Below the pieces are notes generated by a model that was not told the DNA's origin, searched no databases, and saw only the letters and a program-made list of their open reading frames with translations. Both the position numbers and the translations under genes were made by a program. A stretch of DNA of 64,000 bases from Octopus vulgaris (Eukaryota): NCBI GenBank assembly GCA_951406725.2, contig OX597820.1:92690001-92754000 (forward strand), read 5' to 3'. This document shows, one piece after another, positions 1-12,929 of this stretch. Numbering within the stretch: position 1 is the stretch's first letter; the number at the start of each line of letters is the position of its first letter.

Positions 1-54
1 TTCATAAATCCATGGCAACGCCGTGATGCACTGCTAGTGTGTATATATATATAC

Positions 55-106
<52 letters not shown>

Positions 107-141
107 ATATTGGAAGGTTTGGAGATGATGTACAGGTATTA

Positions 142-316
142 TATATTAGAAGAAATGAGGTAATCAGATCGGATGGTTCATATTTATAGATATTTATTTA
201 TATATTACATTTTTTACATATATATATCATATCATTCAGATCATATCATTCGGATTATTAGCGCTTTCTCCCATTCCAGTGGGGTTTTCAAATCAAATTA
301 ATGATTACTTCATTTC

Positions 317-326
<10 letters not shown>
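142..326. repeat. Short fold-back element between (TA)n tracts, Penelope-type inverted ends
   Basis: tatattagaagaaatgaggtaatca (~142-167) is the near-perfect reverse complement of tgattacttcatttcttctaatata (~302-326). A degenerate hammerhead-like string lies inside on the minus strand (TTGAAAA-CCC..GGGA-GAAA-GCGC-TA). Confidence 0.55.
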
Positions 327-378
<52 letters not shown>

Positions 379-559
379 CATACATACATACATACATACA
401 TACATACATACATACATACATACATACACGCACAATTTCGCAAGTGTAGGGAGACACATATTGGTGTATCGCACGAAAGTGCTGTGCAATTTTTATTCAT
501 TACAGTTGCTCCCTTTTATTGTCTGTTACCTTTTCTTTTCGTCCTCATGAGAAAGTGAG

Positions 560-1440
560 AAAATAATGTAGAAAAAATTCTGATGATAAATTTGCCTTAT
601 CGGAGAATGTCCGCTGCACTGCGTATGATGGCAACGAATTTGTAAATAAATACATTATTATAGCATCGTCTTTACAAACGTCAAAATAAAGGCGTAATAA
701 AAACTGCATATTATGAACTACACAAAACGTGTCAGTACATGAAAACATTGTGAACTGTTTCTACACATTGAGAACGTATGTTTCTCTTATATATATTTTG
801 TGTCTTCCGGTCTTAAACATTACTAGTTTTGTTTTGATTTCAGCTTGTTTACTTAAGTTTATTTATTTAAATCTTGTCAGCACATCATCTTCTGAAGAAG
901 AGTTACAGCAAAAATAATTACTCATGAATGATATATTCCTCTTAATATAGTCATATAGAATCAGCAGGACGCTAGCACCTTAAATACAAATCATTACAAT
1001 GTGAAAATTATACCTAACCTTACTATTAATTATTAAACTTACACTAAGAAACTTTATAAACTATATCAATAAAAATACTTCCCTATCCCGGTGAACCATA
1101 ATTTTGTCTCGCCTTAATAATAGATAAAGTATTAGACCATATTCAGACACTGCGATTTGTAAAATTACATTTTACCTATTAATATATGACATTCCGGTCT
1201 ATTATACCCATATTTAATGCCTGAACTATTTTTTACATATCATTGAAGCTGCTACTTTCTAATGGCCTCATGGTTCCGTAATTCTACAGCTTGACAGCTC
1301 TACTTACACCTGTTTGTCTCTAACTTAAATATTGTTTCCTTTGTCATCATTATACATGAATCATTAAATTTGCTATTATAACCCAGTTGGCAGATTCAAT
1401 CTTGTAGATGTGTTTACTCTTTTTTAGCATTATGCAGCGG
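560..1440 (+). pseudogene. Decayed Cys-rich ectodomain gene copy A (SMB-like / GPCR-ectodomain-like family)
   Basis: Manual translation across frames gives RNKNCIL (~693), VLISAC (831-848), CKITFY (1158-1175), YCFLCH (1330-1347) and FFSIM (~1421), in the same motif order as the other copies. Many stops. Confidence 0.5.
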
Positions 1441-1705
1441 TTATATACATATGCTTCCATATGAATCAGTACACATATTTGTTATATTAAGATATGTATA
1501 TGTACATATAGGTATTTGTACGCATGTGTACCTCCATATGTATATACATATGTGTGTATGAATTTCTATATCCTGTTATGTATGTATATATGCATCTGTG
1601 TGTGTATCCATATCTGTTTAAATGTATGAATATATATCTTAATTTTCATATTTAAACCGGCATATGTGCTTGCTTTTATAGTGTGCTGCGTATATATACC
1701 CATTC

Positions 1706-1833
1706 ATTTGTAAAATCTATGCATACCTAAGTAAATGTATATATCTATTTATATTTGTAAAATCTATGCATACCTAAGTGAATGTATATATATCTATTTA
1801 TATTTGTAAAATATATGCATACCTAAGTGAATG

Positions 1834-1840
<7 letters not shown>
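1706..1840. repeat. Tandem repeat, ~47-49 bp unit x ~3
   Basis: atttgtaaaatctatgcatacctaagt(a/g)aatgtatatatctatttat is repeated. Confidence 0.9.
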
Positions 1841-1889
<49 letters not shown>

Positions 1890-1893
<4 letters not shown>

Positions 1894-2130
1894 AGAGTAA
1901 GGACATAAATGCGAAAGAAGGTAGAAAAATAGTACTTGAATACCAGAGGTAGAGTAAAATACTTTGTTAAAAAGCAGTAAAAATATCACAAAAACTGTTA
2001 CTCAGAGTTTCCCATTTGTCGGACAGTTTCGTTTAGAATAAACTGTAGTGAAAATAAAACTGTCCGACGAACGGGAACGTGAAACTCTGAGCAACAGTTT
2101 TTGTGATATTTTTGCCGCTTTTTAATAAAG
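1890..2130. mobile_element. Non-autonomous Penelope-type fragment, two inverted copies carrying a minimal hammerhead-like motif
   Basis: ~1962-2028 and ~2057-2129 are inverted. The + copy reads AAAACTGT-CCGACGA-ACG GGAA CGT-GAAA-CTC T GAG-CA-ACAGTTTT. Flanked by (TA)n. Same family as 17813-17972. Confidence 0.65.
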
Positions 2131-2210
<80 letters not shown>

Positions 2211-2236
2211 TTGATTGTGGGGTATCGCACGAGTAT

Positions 2237-2512
2237 TATATAAGAAAAAAGGTTTGAAAATGCAATTTAAACGATGTTTATTTACTTAACCGGTTTCACT
2301 CTTTGGTAAAGATTGTCAAAAGTTACATTTAAGGAAACATTGAATAATATGGGTTCAAAAAAAGTTTTTTACATAATTGTCACATTGAATATTATGCATT
2401 CAAAAAAGTTTTTTACATAATTGTCACATTGGATATTATGGGTTCAAAGAGTGAAACCGGTTAAGTAAATAAACATCGTTTAAATTGCATTTTCAAACCT
2501 TTTTTCTTATAT
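2237..2512. repeat. Fold-back element with ~68-bp inverted arms and an internal ~43-46 bp tandem duplication
   Basis: tatataagaaaaaaggtttgaaaatgc...ccggtttcactctttg is inverted as caaagagtgaaaccgg...ttttttcttatata. ttcaaaaaa(a)gttttttacataattgtcacattg occurs twice inside. Confidence 0.85.
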
Positions 2513-2633
2513 ATATATATATCCCTGCTTCCATTTCCTGAGCGCCTATTAATAATAATACCCTGTAATTGTTCCATTGTTGTTGTTTTTTTGTTTCCCG
2601 TTTGGATTAAAATTATATATATATATATATATA

Positions 2634-3044
2634 CTCTCTTTTACTCTTTTACTTGTTTGAGTCATTTGACTGCGGCCATGCTGGAGCACCGTCTTTAATC
2701 GAGCAAATCGACCCCGGGACTTATTCTTTTGTAAGCCCAGTACTTATTCAATCGGTCTCTTTTGCCGAAACGCTAAGTAACGGGGACATAAACACACCAG
2801 CATCGGTTGTCAAGCAATGCTAGGGGGACAAACACAGACACACAAACACACACACGCACATATATATATATACATATATACGACGGGCTTCTTTCAGTTT
2901 CCGTCTACCAAATCCACTCACAAGGCTTTGGTCGGCCCGAGGCTATAGTTGAAGACACTTGCCCAAGGTGCCACGCAATGGGACTGAACCCGGAACCATG
3001 TGGTTGGTAAACAAGCTACTTACCACACAGCCACTCCTGCGCCT
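2634..3044 (-). mobile_element. tRNA-derived SINE family 1 (octopus type), full length
   Basis: The minus strand starts aggcgcaggagtggctgtgtggtaag...ggttcagtccc (A/B-box-like), has a central (TA)/(TG) tract, and ends ...gcatggccgcagtcaaatgactcaaacaagtaaaagagtaaaagag. Highly similar to the 9393, 37200 and 53292 copies. Confidence 0.92.
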
Positions 3045-3074
3045 TAGAATATATATATATATATATCGAAACCA

Positions 3075-3200
3075 ACTAAGTGTGTTCACTCATAAAACCA
3101 TTACATGTAAACCGCAAGATTTACAATAAAGGCGTAATCTATGGCAATAATATCGGTACGCCTGGCTGACAGTGATATTTAAGTTGCATGCAGATTGGTC
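3075..3200 (+). pseudogene. Short fragment of the Cys-rich family
   Basis: TCKPQDLQ*RRN followed by DSDI*VAC (3168-3191) matches the C-x-I-x-CN / D-x-I-x-AC motif pair. Confidence 0.3.
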
Positions 3201-3530
3201 AAGACCGTATTCCCAAAAGTCGGGTTGCTGGAGCCTTCTAAGGCTTGTTGGAACCTTCAAAAATGAGGAATTTAGTCATTTCATTACAGTTGTCAAGAAC
3301 TCAAGTGTCAGTTAAATACATCTTGAAATCTGATGATTACTACGAACGTATGAAAGCGTTAATTGAACTTTATCAGCATTACAAATATTTTTTAAATATT
3401 TAACACACTTCAACATCGTAAAAAAATATACATAGTTTTAAAATACCTTAATAAAAAACATAAAAACCAGACCATGTTTTAATTCTACTCAACCGATATA
3501 TATATGTATACATATACAGAGGTGTGTGCG

Positions 3531-3575
<45 letters not shown>

Positions 3576-4599
3576 ATATATGTATATATACGGGAAAATA
3601 TAGCATCTTCCATCGGAGAATTTTGGTAACAATGATTCTACCTATACTGGCTCACACGCCGCCAGCATAAGCTATATGCAGCTCTGACCACTGTATCTAA
3701 TTCTTCTTCCTTTTCCTCTTTTTCCGATTTTTCTTATTCTATTCTTGTTCGTCTTTCCTCCTTCCATTTCTCCCTCCTATTATCATACTTAACCTACATC
3801 TTCATCCCCCACCGCATAATATCTTCCCCGCATACTCATCCCGCATACACACTTATATTTTTTTTCTTTTTTATTCCCTCCCGATATTTTCCTTACAACA
3901 AGATCTGAAAGACGCACAATATAATAGAACACATTTGATTGCCTCTCCAATGTCTAAAATCACAAATATTACGGGATTTTGTTTTTTTTAGAAATCTGGC
4001 GTAAACTGGCGTTGTAAGTGGAGATGGTACGGAAACATTTGTAACTTATAATTAAAGATGTATTAAAAAATTTCCTTGTCTCCTTTTCATTGGATTATAT
4101 ACATATATATATATATATATAAACATATATTCAGAATCTCATTAAAAAGTAGAATGCACACTTCAAGAACAGAAAACGTAGAACTATTTTAACCTTGAAT
4201 TTATTCACAGACATCATGAAATGAATACTGGAATTATAGTATATGCACAAAGTAGTGGTCATTAGCTTCCAGACACTTATTAGTACAGAGAACTACTGCT
4301 TGGGCACCGTTGGCCAAAGTGTTCAATGGGACTACTGCACATACCGTATCAATTTTCTGCCGAAGGACCGTCAGCGCTGCTGCTTTTCTGTGATGCACTT
4401 CCTTTATGTACCTCCACTTCTTCGTCTTTTTCTTTAAAATTCTTATTCGGTTAAGCATGCACGTTTCGGCAGTATGTATTTATGTATGTATCCGACGATC
4501 CTCTGAGGAGATTCTGGATGATGCATATATTTATAATCGCTTGCGCGTTCGAGAGGAAAGGGACATAACCATGGTCCTTACATGTCTTCGTGGACTAAT

Positions 4600-4790
4600 G
4601 GGACTGAGGTCATAATTATGTTTCTTCAAAAGTTGTAGGTCAAGAGATACAGCAAGACATGAACACGGAGTGAATTCCAGAAGAAGGACATTCTGAGAAG
4701 GCAGTATTGTGCTCTATGATTAGTGCGGTGCTCGGAAGATTAGATAGATCAAGGGTGATAACAAGAGGACAAGCGAGCAGAATGCAAAAT
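4600..4790 (-). mobile_element. Old LINE 3' relic
   Basis: The minus-strand translation HSARLSSCYHP..RTNH..SFFWNSL resembles the C-terminus of LINE ORF2 (RT-x-Y-x-SFF...WNSLP). Confidence 0.4.
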
Positions 4791-5269
4791 GCACTTAGAA
4801 ATTTATTCTCACATAATAGATATAAATATATTAAACATATAAACGTTCAATAAAATGTGCGAGAGCTAGTTTTAAGCTTTGGGCGGAAACAACGATGAAA
4901 TAAAGTTACTTCCGTTTAAATCCGGGCGCTGTCATGAAAAGTAATAGTAAGGCTATTTTATTTCATACCAATAAGGGTTAATTTGTATGGAGATATTAAT
5001 CTATTACCTTTCTTAAAATAACTTATTCTCTCATATGGTGTAAACATTGTCTTAGAAAAAAAAACAAGAAATAGTAAATAGCTAAAACACTATCAAGCAT
5101 GAAAAAACTTATAAATATAGCTTCACATTTCTTTCTTCATTTCGATATTTAGTGCAAGTCGGGCTCCATTAAGCAGTACAAATATCTTGTTTTATTTCCC
5201 ATGAGAGGTTCAGCCCTCTTTCATAGATGGAGTAAATGGATGCTCTAGATGTTCTCTTTCTCACGGAAT

Positions 5270-5455
5270 ACACTTTCCAATTTCGAGAAAGTAAAAAGCG
5301 ATTCTTGTACTTGAGTAAACTGCAGTGCTATTTGCTATTAGTTATGAAGAGTAAAACTGTTCTCGGCGAGATTTGAACTTAGAGCCTAGAGAACCGTATC
5401 ATATACTGAAAGCAGTGTATACAATGTGCTTATGACTCTGCCTCTTCACTGCCTG
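5270..5455 (-). mobile_element. Diverged SINE family 2 copy
   Basis: ctcggcgagatttgaacttag...tatgactctgcc is the reverse complement of the family-2 head (ggcagaatcgttag...gttcaaattccgccgag). Confidence 0.55.
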
Positions 5456-5899
5456 TATCTTTCTGGATACGGATTTATTCTTAGCCTTACTCTGTAGTAT
5501 TCGTAATAATTCTCTGCCTTTTATACACATGATACAATATTAATCATTAAAGACGAGATGTGAATAATCAAGGGATTTACTGTAAATTATATGCTTTATA
5601 TCTCTTTGAAGCAACCACAACTTCAATGGGAATTTACCGTAATCGGATTTCGCTAGAGCATTAAATCCTGTAGGCGAATCTAATTTTAATATCTATTAGG
5701 ATATGGGCTTTCTGATCCACCCCTTCAGGGACTCAATAGAGTAAATACCAATAATATAGTTCTGCCTACTTAATCAACTACACACCTCCCCTACAATATT
5801 GAAACAACTTCCTTTAATACATAGATATTGATGTTTCTAGAAACAAGGGACATAATTTTCAATTTCTTGGGTTCAGTTTGGTTTCATATAATTGTACTG

Positions 5900-8000
5900 A
5901 ACATCTTCAATAAATTATCGTCATGACTATAATTGAAACAAAATTAAATTCTCATATCATCTTGAATTGTCACAGTAGTGTATGATTAAATAAGCAACGA
6001 AAAACAACACAGAAAGAAAAATTCCCAAAATATTTGACGGTAATATTAACAGTTTTATTACTTAGAACTAGGATTGAGGTAACAAAAATAGCATTGGATC
6101 AAATACCATCTAGTTACATCCGTCTACGTTTCGACTTCAATGATTTTATAATCTAACGAACGATACAAACAGTGCTAGGCATACAGATGTATTGATACAA
6201 TAATATATACAGCTCTCTTACAAATCGGCTGCTCTCTCACCTTTACTTCTTTCAGTCGTTAAACTATCATTTAATGGGGCATCAAATTAACAAGGTGTCA
6301 GCTGAAAACTTGACTACAGTTCTTTGGTGGTTAAAAGATGCTGTCGAAGGGATGAAGATGTTGCGGAAGGCAGTCTAAACTGATGTTCAGCTTCTGCTCC
6401 TTGTTTTCGTTTCAGGTAGAGGACGTCTACGTCACTGTTAATGAGTGCTAGTTAGTATCTTCCAGGTCTTCACATCTATGGCTCGGATCCCATCAAGCGT
6501 CCCATCAACCAGCCCAAATGTTGTTATGATTACTGGCCCTGCAAACAGATTTTAGGTCAGAGTTTTAATGAACACAAACAGTTCTAATGTCCAAATTTTC
6601 TCTATGATATAACCATGATATAACTTTTTAATCACATGTATGTATGGATGTATTATGTCAGAGTAGAGGACTTCACTTCTGAAATTATGAAAACATTGCA
6701 GAATATTGTACAATGAAATTGTACTTTAGCCACATAGTTGAAAACGAAAATATCTCATAAAATTAGACAATTGTGCAGGACACACCAGCAATTTTAATTC
6801 TTATCTAGCTCCACATCAGCTGTAGTTACGTAGGATGACAATGAATGTCGTTATAATCATATCCCCTACATTGTTTTTGATATAACATAAAGAAGAATAC
6901 AGTAGCCAAAATTAAGTTCTTAATGGATATGAGGGAAATTTCATTGATTCTTCTAGCATGTCAGATGTATTTTGTCTTTTGCTTGGATGTAATATATTGT
7001 CTTCATGAAGTGTGTCAAGATCTTCATGAAGCGTGTCAAAATAAGCATTACGCAGCCTATTACTGCCTATAGATGACGGAAAGTGTAGCTTACATAATAT
7101 AGAATCCAGTGACTATAGGCACCATTTTAAGAAACTTTTGAAAGGCAAATATTTTTATTGGTTACTCTGTAGGTGCTGACATTTCTGTGTGATTAAGATC
7201 CGACTTCGAATCCATTACCTGTTATCGTAGGCAAATGTCCTTTATTATGATTCCGGGTAGATCAGAGGTTCATCCTTGAAATTTGGTTGCTTGGATACTA
7301 GGATTAAAATTTCACTCACTCATATATGTGTGTATAATTGACGCTTTGAGTTCTGAGTTCGATTCAAAGATTGATGAAATAAGAATCTGTAAATTACTAC
7401 AATTGTTGCTATTATGTTCTTCAACTAACAAAATAGGGGGTTTTGCCAATGATATAAATCAATAATAATTTTTCGATTTTTTTCTTCTTCTACTTCAGTC
7501 TTACAAAACTATATATATTCTGTCATTATCTTCTGGTGTAATTAGGAGAGTAATGTCAACGCGCATGTCGTTTTCTATATTTTCTGAAGCGAGTGAGAAA
7601 ACGGAATATCTTCCTACTGGATACCTTGATTTTACTTGTAATCAAGCAAGAGATTAAGCTAACCGTTCCAAAATAAGAACCGTCCCTCCGATGGATTTCT
7701 ATAGTTTCAATAGACTATTTTTTCTCACAAAATACTGCTGAGGTCTAAGCTAAGTTAGATGACGCATTTCCAATAAATACATGTTTGCGAAATGAACTTA
7801 ACAAAACAGCCATGATAGAGTCCATAATTGGAGTTAGGTCAGAACATAAAGTGCAGGATTCTATACAATGCAACATATTTAATTGTATTAAAGCTTGTGC
7901 TTTGAAATACCAACTCAATCTATCGGTTAAATTCAAGTACATAAAAGAAACACAAAATATGTTGGTCGATATGCAATCAATTAAGTATAATGAAGTATGA
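5900..8000 (+). pseudogene. Decayed Cys-rich family copy B, interrupted by a LINE relic and other repeats
   Basis: NCHSSV (~5965; compare TCHSSI in copy E), ECRYNHI (~6843), DVFCLL (6964-6981), YKTIY and MSFSIF (7565-7582), FTCNQ, then a Cys-containing ORF at 7785-8000. Confidence 0.35.
6340..6590 (-). mobile_element. R4/Dong-like RLE non-LTR retrotransposon relic
   Basis: Minus translation NLFAGPVIITTFGLVDGTLDGIRAIDVKTWKILT...SDVDVLYLKRKQG matches the post-RT N-xFA-xPV..ID-xKTRK-xLT..SD-xD-xLY-xxR-xxGG motif. Confidence 0.7.
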
Positions 8001-8600
8001 AATATCCTAGATGGTATTTGAACTGAAAATGTAAAGTGAAATTACTAAATTCTATTAAATTTTGGTCCACCATGCTAGCATTACTTCACTTCCAGTCATT
8101 TGAATAGGGCTAATATTTTGATATAGAGGTAATTACCTACATTCATCACCTAACTTCGTACGCATGTCATAAATCAATATCTGTTTCTTTATATTTTTTC
8201 AGTGCCACAAATACCCTTGATATGATAGAGTAATAAAAAAAAAATTAAGGAATCTTTTCTAAATAACTCATGTAAGAAATTAATTTCGATTTATAATTCT
8301 AAAATGAAAATAGTCTAAAATACTTGCATAGATGTATAGTTGATACTATAGACCTGGTTAGATACTTACTTTATCTACCTGGAAGTTGAACAGGCAAATA
8401 TTTAGATAGAAAATATGAATGAAAATATTCAATTGTTTCTCTTGTTCTACTGGTGATTTCTACTCTACCGTTCTCAACTTACTAAATAATTCATTTACTT
8501 GCATTATTGTTCTGCTTTATTTTCTCGATATGTTAATACGTCTTTTGCGACGAGGTTTATTTTTCACGTTGTCTATCATTGATCTCACTATCTCTCTCTC

Positions 8601-8636
<36 letters not shown>

Positions 8637-8799
8637 CGTGTGTATGTGTGTGTGTATGTGTGTATCTGTATCTGTGTGTCTGTGTGTCTGTCCGCGTGTG
8701 TATAGGTTTGGCTGACGAGTTATGAAATAATTGAGATTCAGTTGAATTAGGTACTTTAGTCAGTCCGGTATTATCCGCACAGCTCGAAATAAGGTGAAT

Positions 8800-9245
8800 A
8801 AAATCAAAATAAGCAACAGGATATCAAGAAGTGATGCAGTACGACCGTTTCAATCAGCTCCATTTAATTGAACAATGCAACCATTGCATCGATTTAAATG
8901 CAGGACTATCATCAGCTGTACAAACTGAATTTTTAATCAGTTGGACACATTAGTATAATTTTTCTCAAGCAAGAAGATGGAAGAATCTATGTTGTCGCTA
9001 TTGCAGCTAGGAAGAGACTACACTTCCAAGAAAGACAGGAAGCTCACTAGGGTCATAGTTTGTAAAGGATTGTGGTTCATTACTAATTTATTTGTCTTTT
9101 TATCAACTACTAAATCTAAGACTAGAGGACTGTGTCTCTTTTGAATGAAGGGCAAGAGTGAGTTGACAGCTCATGGCTAGGTATGGTCATAAATATTGTC
9201 AAGATATTAGGAGTATGAATTGGGTATAAAGTAATCTTATAAATA
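8800..9245 (-). mobile_element. Penelope-like element fragment (left arm of an inverted pair)
   Basis: Reverse complement of 9905-10336. Contains a decayed hammerhead at 8833-8922 (CTGATGA...GAAA-CGGTCG-TA-CTGCATC). Confidence 0.65.
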
Positions 9246-9392
9246 GTTATCTTTTTTGTTCGTAAATAGATACTTTTTAGTTACTGAAGTGTATGCGATA
9301 TGGTTATATTATATCCATATAAACGTATAAATATTTATGTATGTTTGCATGTGGGCACATAGATAATTATGTGTATTTTTTTTCTTCTTTTT

Positions 9393-9593
9393 TTCTTTTA
9401 CTTGTTTCAGTCATTTGACTGCGGCCATACTGGGGCACCACCTTTAGTCGAGCAAATCGAACCCGGGACTTATTCTTTGTAAGCCCAGTACTTATACTAT
9501 CGGTCTCTTTTTGCCGAACCGCTAGGTGACGGGGACGTAAACACACCAGCATCTGTTGTCAGCAATGCTAAGGGGACAAACACAGACACACAA

Positions 9594-9674
<81 letters not shown>

Positions 9675-9841
9675 TACGACAGACTTCTTTCAGTTTCCGT
9701 CAACAAAATCCACTCACAAGGCATTGGTCGGCCCGGGGCTATAGCAGAAGACACTTGCCCAAGCTGCCACGCAGTGGGACTGAACCCGGAACCATGTGGT
9801 TGGCTAGCAAGCTACTTACCACACAGCCTCTCCTGCGCCTA
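9393..9841 (-). mobile_element. tRNA-derived SINE family 1, full length
   Basis: Same head, central microsatellite and tail as the 2634-3044 copy. Confidence 0.92.
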
Positions 9842-9904
9842 TGTATCTGTAGACATCTTTATTTTTTTCTGATTCTTGGCTTATAATTAATTTATAAGGG
9901 ATAT

Positions 9905-10334
9905 AGACAGTTACTCTATACCCAATTTACTACTCTTAATATCTCAACAATATTTATGACCATACCTACACATAAGCTGTCAACTCACGCTTTCCCTTCA
10001 TTCCAAAAAGTCACAGTCCTCTAGTCTTAGATTTGTTAGTTGATAAAAAGACAAATAAATTAGAAATGAACCACAATCCTTTATAAGCTATGACCTCAGT
10101 GAGCTTAATGCCTTTCTTGGAAGTGTAGTCGATTCCTAGCCACAATAGCGACAACATGTATCGTTTTGCTCTGTTAAAGTATTTGAGAAAAATTATATTA
10201 ATGTGTCCAACTGATTAAAAATTATATTTGCCCTGCATTTAAATTGATTTAGTGATTGCATTGTTCAGTTAAATGGATCCGCTTGAAAACGGTTGTACTG
10301 CATCACTTCTTGATATTATGTTGCTTGTTTTGAT

Positions 10335-10336
<2 letters not shown>
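9905..10336 (+). mobile_element. Penelope-like element fragment (right arm), GIY-YIG C-terminal relic
   Basis: Translates HSKKSQSSSLRFVS**KDK*..EPQ, which resembles the Penelope endonuclease tail (STSLS-xx-VW-xx-KD). Ends in (TA)n. Inverted relative to 8800-9245. Confidence 0.6.
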
Positions 10337-10379
<43 letters not shown>

Positions 10380-10539
10380 TTCTCTCTCTCTTTTACTATC
10401 TCCCTCTCTCTCTGTAAGTAAAATACTTCGTTGCTAGTTCATATCTCACACCCCTCTCATATACCTGTTACAGTGTCTCTCTATCTATCTCACTTTCTCT
10501 TCCAATATTCCTGTCTAGTTTTCTATTTCTTGACGTTAT

Positions 10540-10960
10540 TCTATTTTATTCTTGTTCAAACGCCTCTGCGGATGTTATGTCTATTACAATATTTAATTAA
10601 TCAAATTCATTAATAATCTATTGTTTCACAAAATTGAGAGTAAATTAATATGAATTTAATGCTAATCTTAACTGATTCGTAATAAATTTTTCTACTGATT
10701 TTACTGTTCCTGCCGAAGCATACTGCGTTTCAGATGTTATCTGGTTTAAAGCAATTAACGTCTAACGCAATTCTGTCGTAGACAAGTATGGAAATCGAAT
10801 CTTTTTCTGCAGCAGTTTGATATTATATTGCTAGAAGAAATGTGATTTCAGAAAAAAAAATAGAGTTCTTATAGTGTTATGATGAGACAGATTTTCCAAC
10901 TTTTTTTAGTCGTGTCCTTTATCAGAGATACTGCAACGCACATATAAGTATTTGGTTCAA
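10540..10960 (+). pseudogene. Decayed Cys-rich family copy C
   Basis: AYCVS, ESFSA/FDI (~10796-10825), C..RQIF (~10875-10897), QRYCN (~10923). Confidence 0.3.
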
Positions 10961-11829
10961 AATGACAATAAGATAAAACTATAAATTACTTTAGCTAGGA
11001 AGTCGAAATTATATACAGGAAAGAGTAATCTCTTTATAATATATTTACATCTATACAATTCTTCAACTTATTTGAATCACATTTATTTGCTTCCTTTTCG
11101 AATTCCAGTAAATTAATCCTGTTTTTTTTTCTATTCAATCAAACAAGAAAACTTATTTTGCTGGCTTTAAGTTCAGTTAAATATTGGAGAATGATAGATA
11201 AAAAACAATTTAAAAAAAAGAATACATTATGAATTTGTTCTAAGTATTATAAATATATAAACATACAAATGCATTCATGCATCAACTGAATCGGCGGTCA
11301 GTCAACTCGTTTTATATTTTCAATGTGTACATTACATGTGCATGAAAAGACGAGCGGCGCAGCTAGTTTTAACACTTTGAATGCAAACAACATCAGAAAT
11401 TAAGAAATTAATTTTAAAAATTATATATTGGTGAAAAGATAAAAATAATATTTGTCAGCAGTTGTGTAAGATAACTCCGGACATATTTCGGTATCAACAG
11501 ACCTCGTTAGCGAATGCCTATTTTCGAATTAGCGTTTTAGTGTCCCTTATATTCAATAAACTAGTGTTATCTTAATATCTTATAACGTTTGTTTCTTTGA
11601 ACAAGAAGCAAATCTTTATAAAATCATTTGTTTTATACTCAATGTGGATAGATTGATATAGTTATAAGGATGAGAATAATGGATTATCAGGAAGGCGTTT
11701 CAAAAACTTGATTTCACCCTGATTTCACTTCGTTGAATTAGAACTTCCTTAATTTAGTGCAATAATCTGCATCGAAAAACATTTTCTTATTATCATTTCA
11801 TATTATCTTTCAATTGCTCTGTTCATTAG

Positions 11830-12560
11830 AATATAGTTTTAATCTGCATCAAGTGTTACACTACGCCTCGCGGAAGAATCTGCTACGATAAAACAAGTCC
11901 AGAATTGTCGCTATGGTGCTAAATATAAGACATGCTCACCGCTATATTCTAAATTTAATTAATTTGCATCACCTAGCATCTCTTGGTTGTCCCACCAATT
12001 ATGTTTGTATAGTAATTAGTCGTTCTATATTTTGTGTTCTCATCAGTAAATGTAAAGATTTAATCAATGGAAATAATCTGGTTCATTGCACAAAGTATAC
12101 TAGCACCCATTGATACTCGACTAGGTCACTGTTTGCAACATCTCGTCTTGAAAACACGCATGCAAATGTTCACCAGCTTGAGAAAATCCCCAATGAACTC
12201 AGCTAGCGAACAATAAGATGAAATATTGCAATATTTTAAAATATCTATCTTTATTTCTAGATAATGTCAAGGACTATATAACTCGTAACAACAACGGCCG
12301 AAAATAATACACTGTTAGAGATAAATATGTGTGAAACTAAACGGTTGAATTCGGAATGCGGAGAATGTATCGTTTGAACACTTTCAATTAAAAGTGACTA
12401 GCACAAAGTTAGTTCGTAATTTTGGGACTCAAATATTTGTTGCTTAATAAGGTGAAAACATAGCCGAATTTAGTGTTAGATGTGCTGTTTACAGAGAAAT
12501 GTATTGAATATTTTCCGTTATTAATTACTTTAATGAGAAATAATTACATCTCAAACCGCA
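11830..12560 (+). pseudogene. Decayed Cys-rich family copy D
   Basis: NCRYGAKYKTCSPLY, VCIVISRSIFCVLISKC (VLISKC at 12036-12053), HCTKY, TRSLFA, EINMCE, IFSVINYF. Confidence 0.5.
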
Positions 12561-12929
12561 TAGAGAGTCAATTATAAATTACATTCTATACACGTATACA
12601 TTACTTCAAATGAATAACATCCAAATTAACGATCCAAATATTACGTAAAGCTGTCTTTGATAATTATAAGTAATCGTAATCGCGAGTAACAGCAATACCA
12701 AGATTTTGTATGTTATCTCATTACTTGCTATAAAATACCTTCAAATTATTTGGCTTCGATTATTGAAATTCCTTTTTTGTTTTTGAGTGATTTTTGTTAA
12801 TTTTTCTTGCTATAATGCTAGAAGCAACGAAAATTAGGATTCTCACATTGAAAGAAATGTAAATAATACTATGGTATCCTTTGAGCCAATATTAGATTAT
12901 ACTTACATATGTAACTGTCTGTTTTAGCA

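Noticed and set aside
4234-4615. Overlapping short ORFs with higher GC
   Set aside because: No recognisable motif or splice structure. Probably an old repeat fragment.
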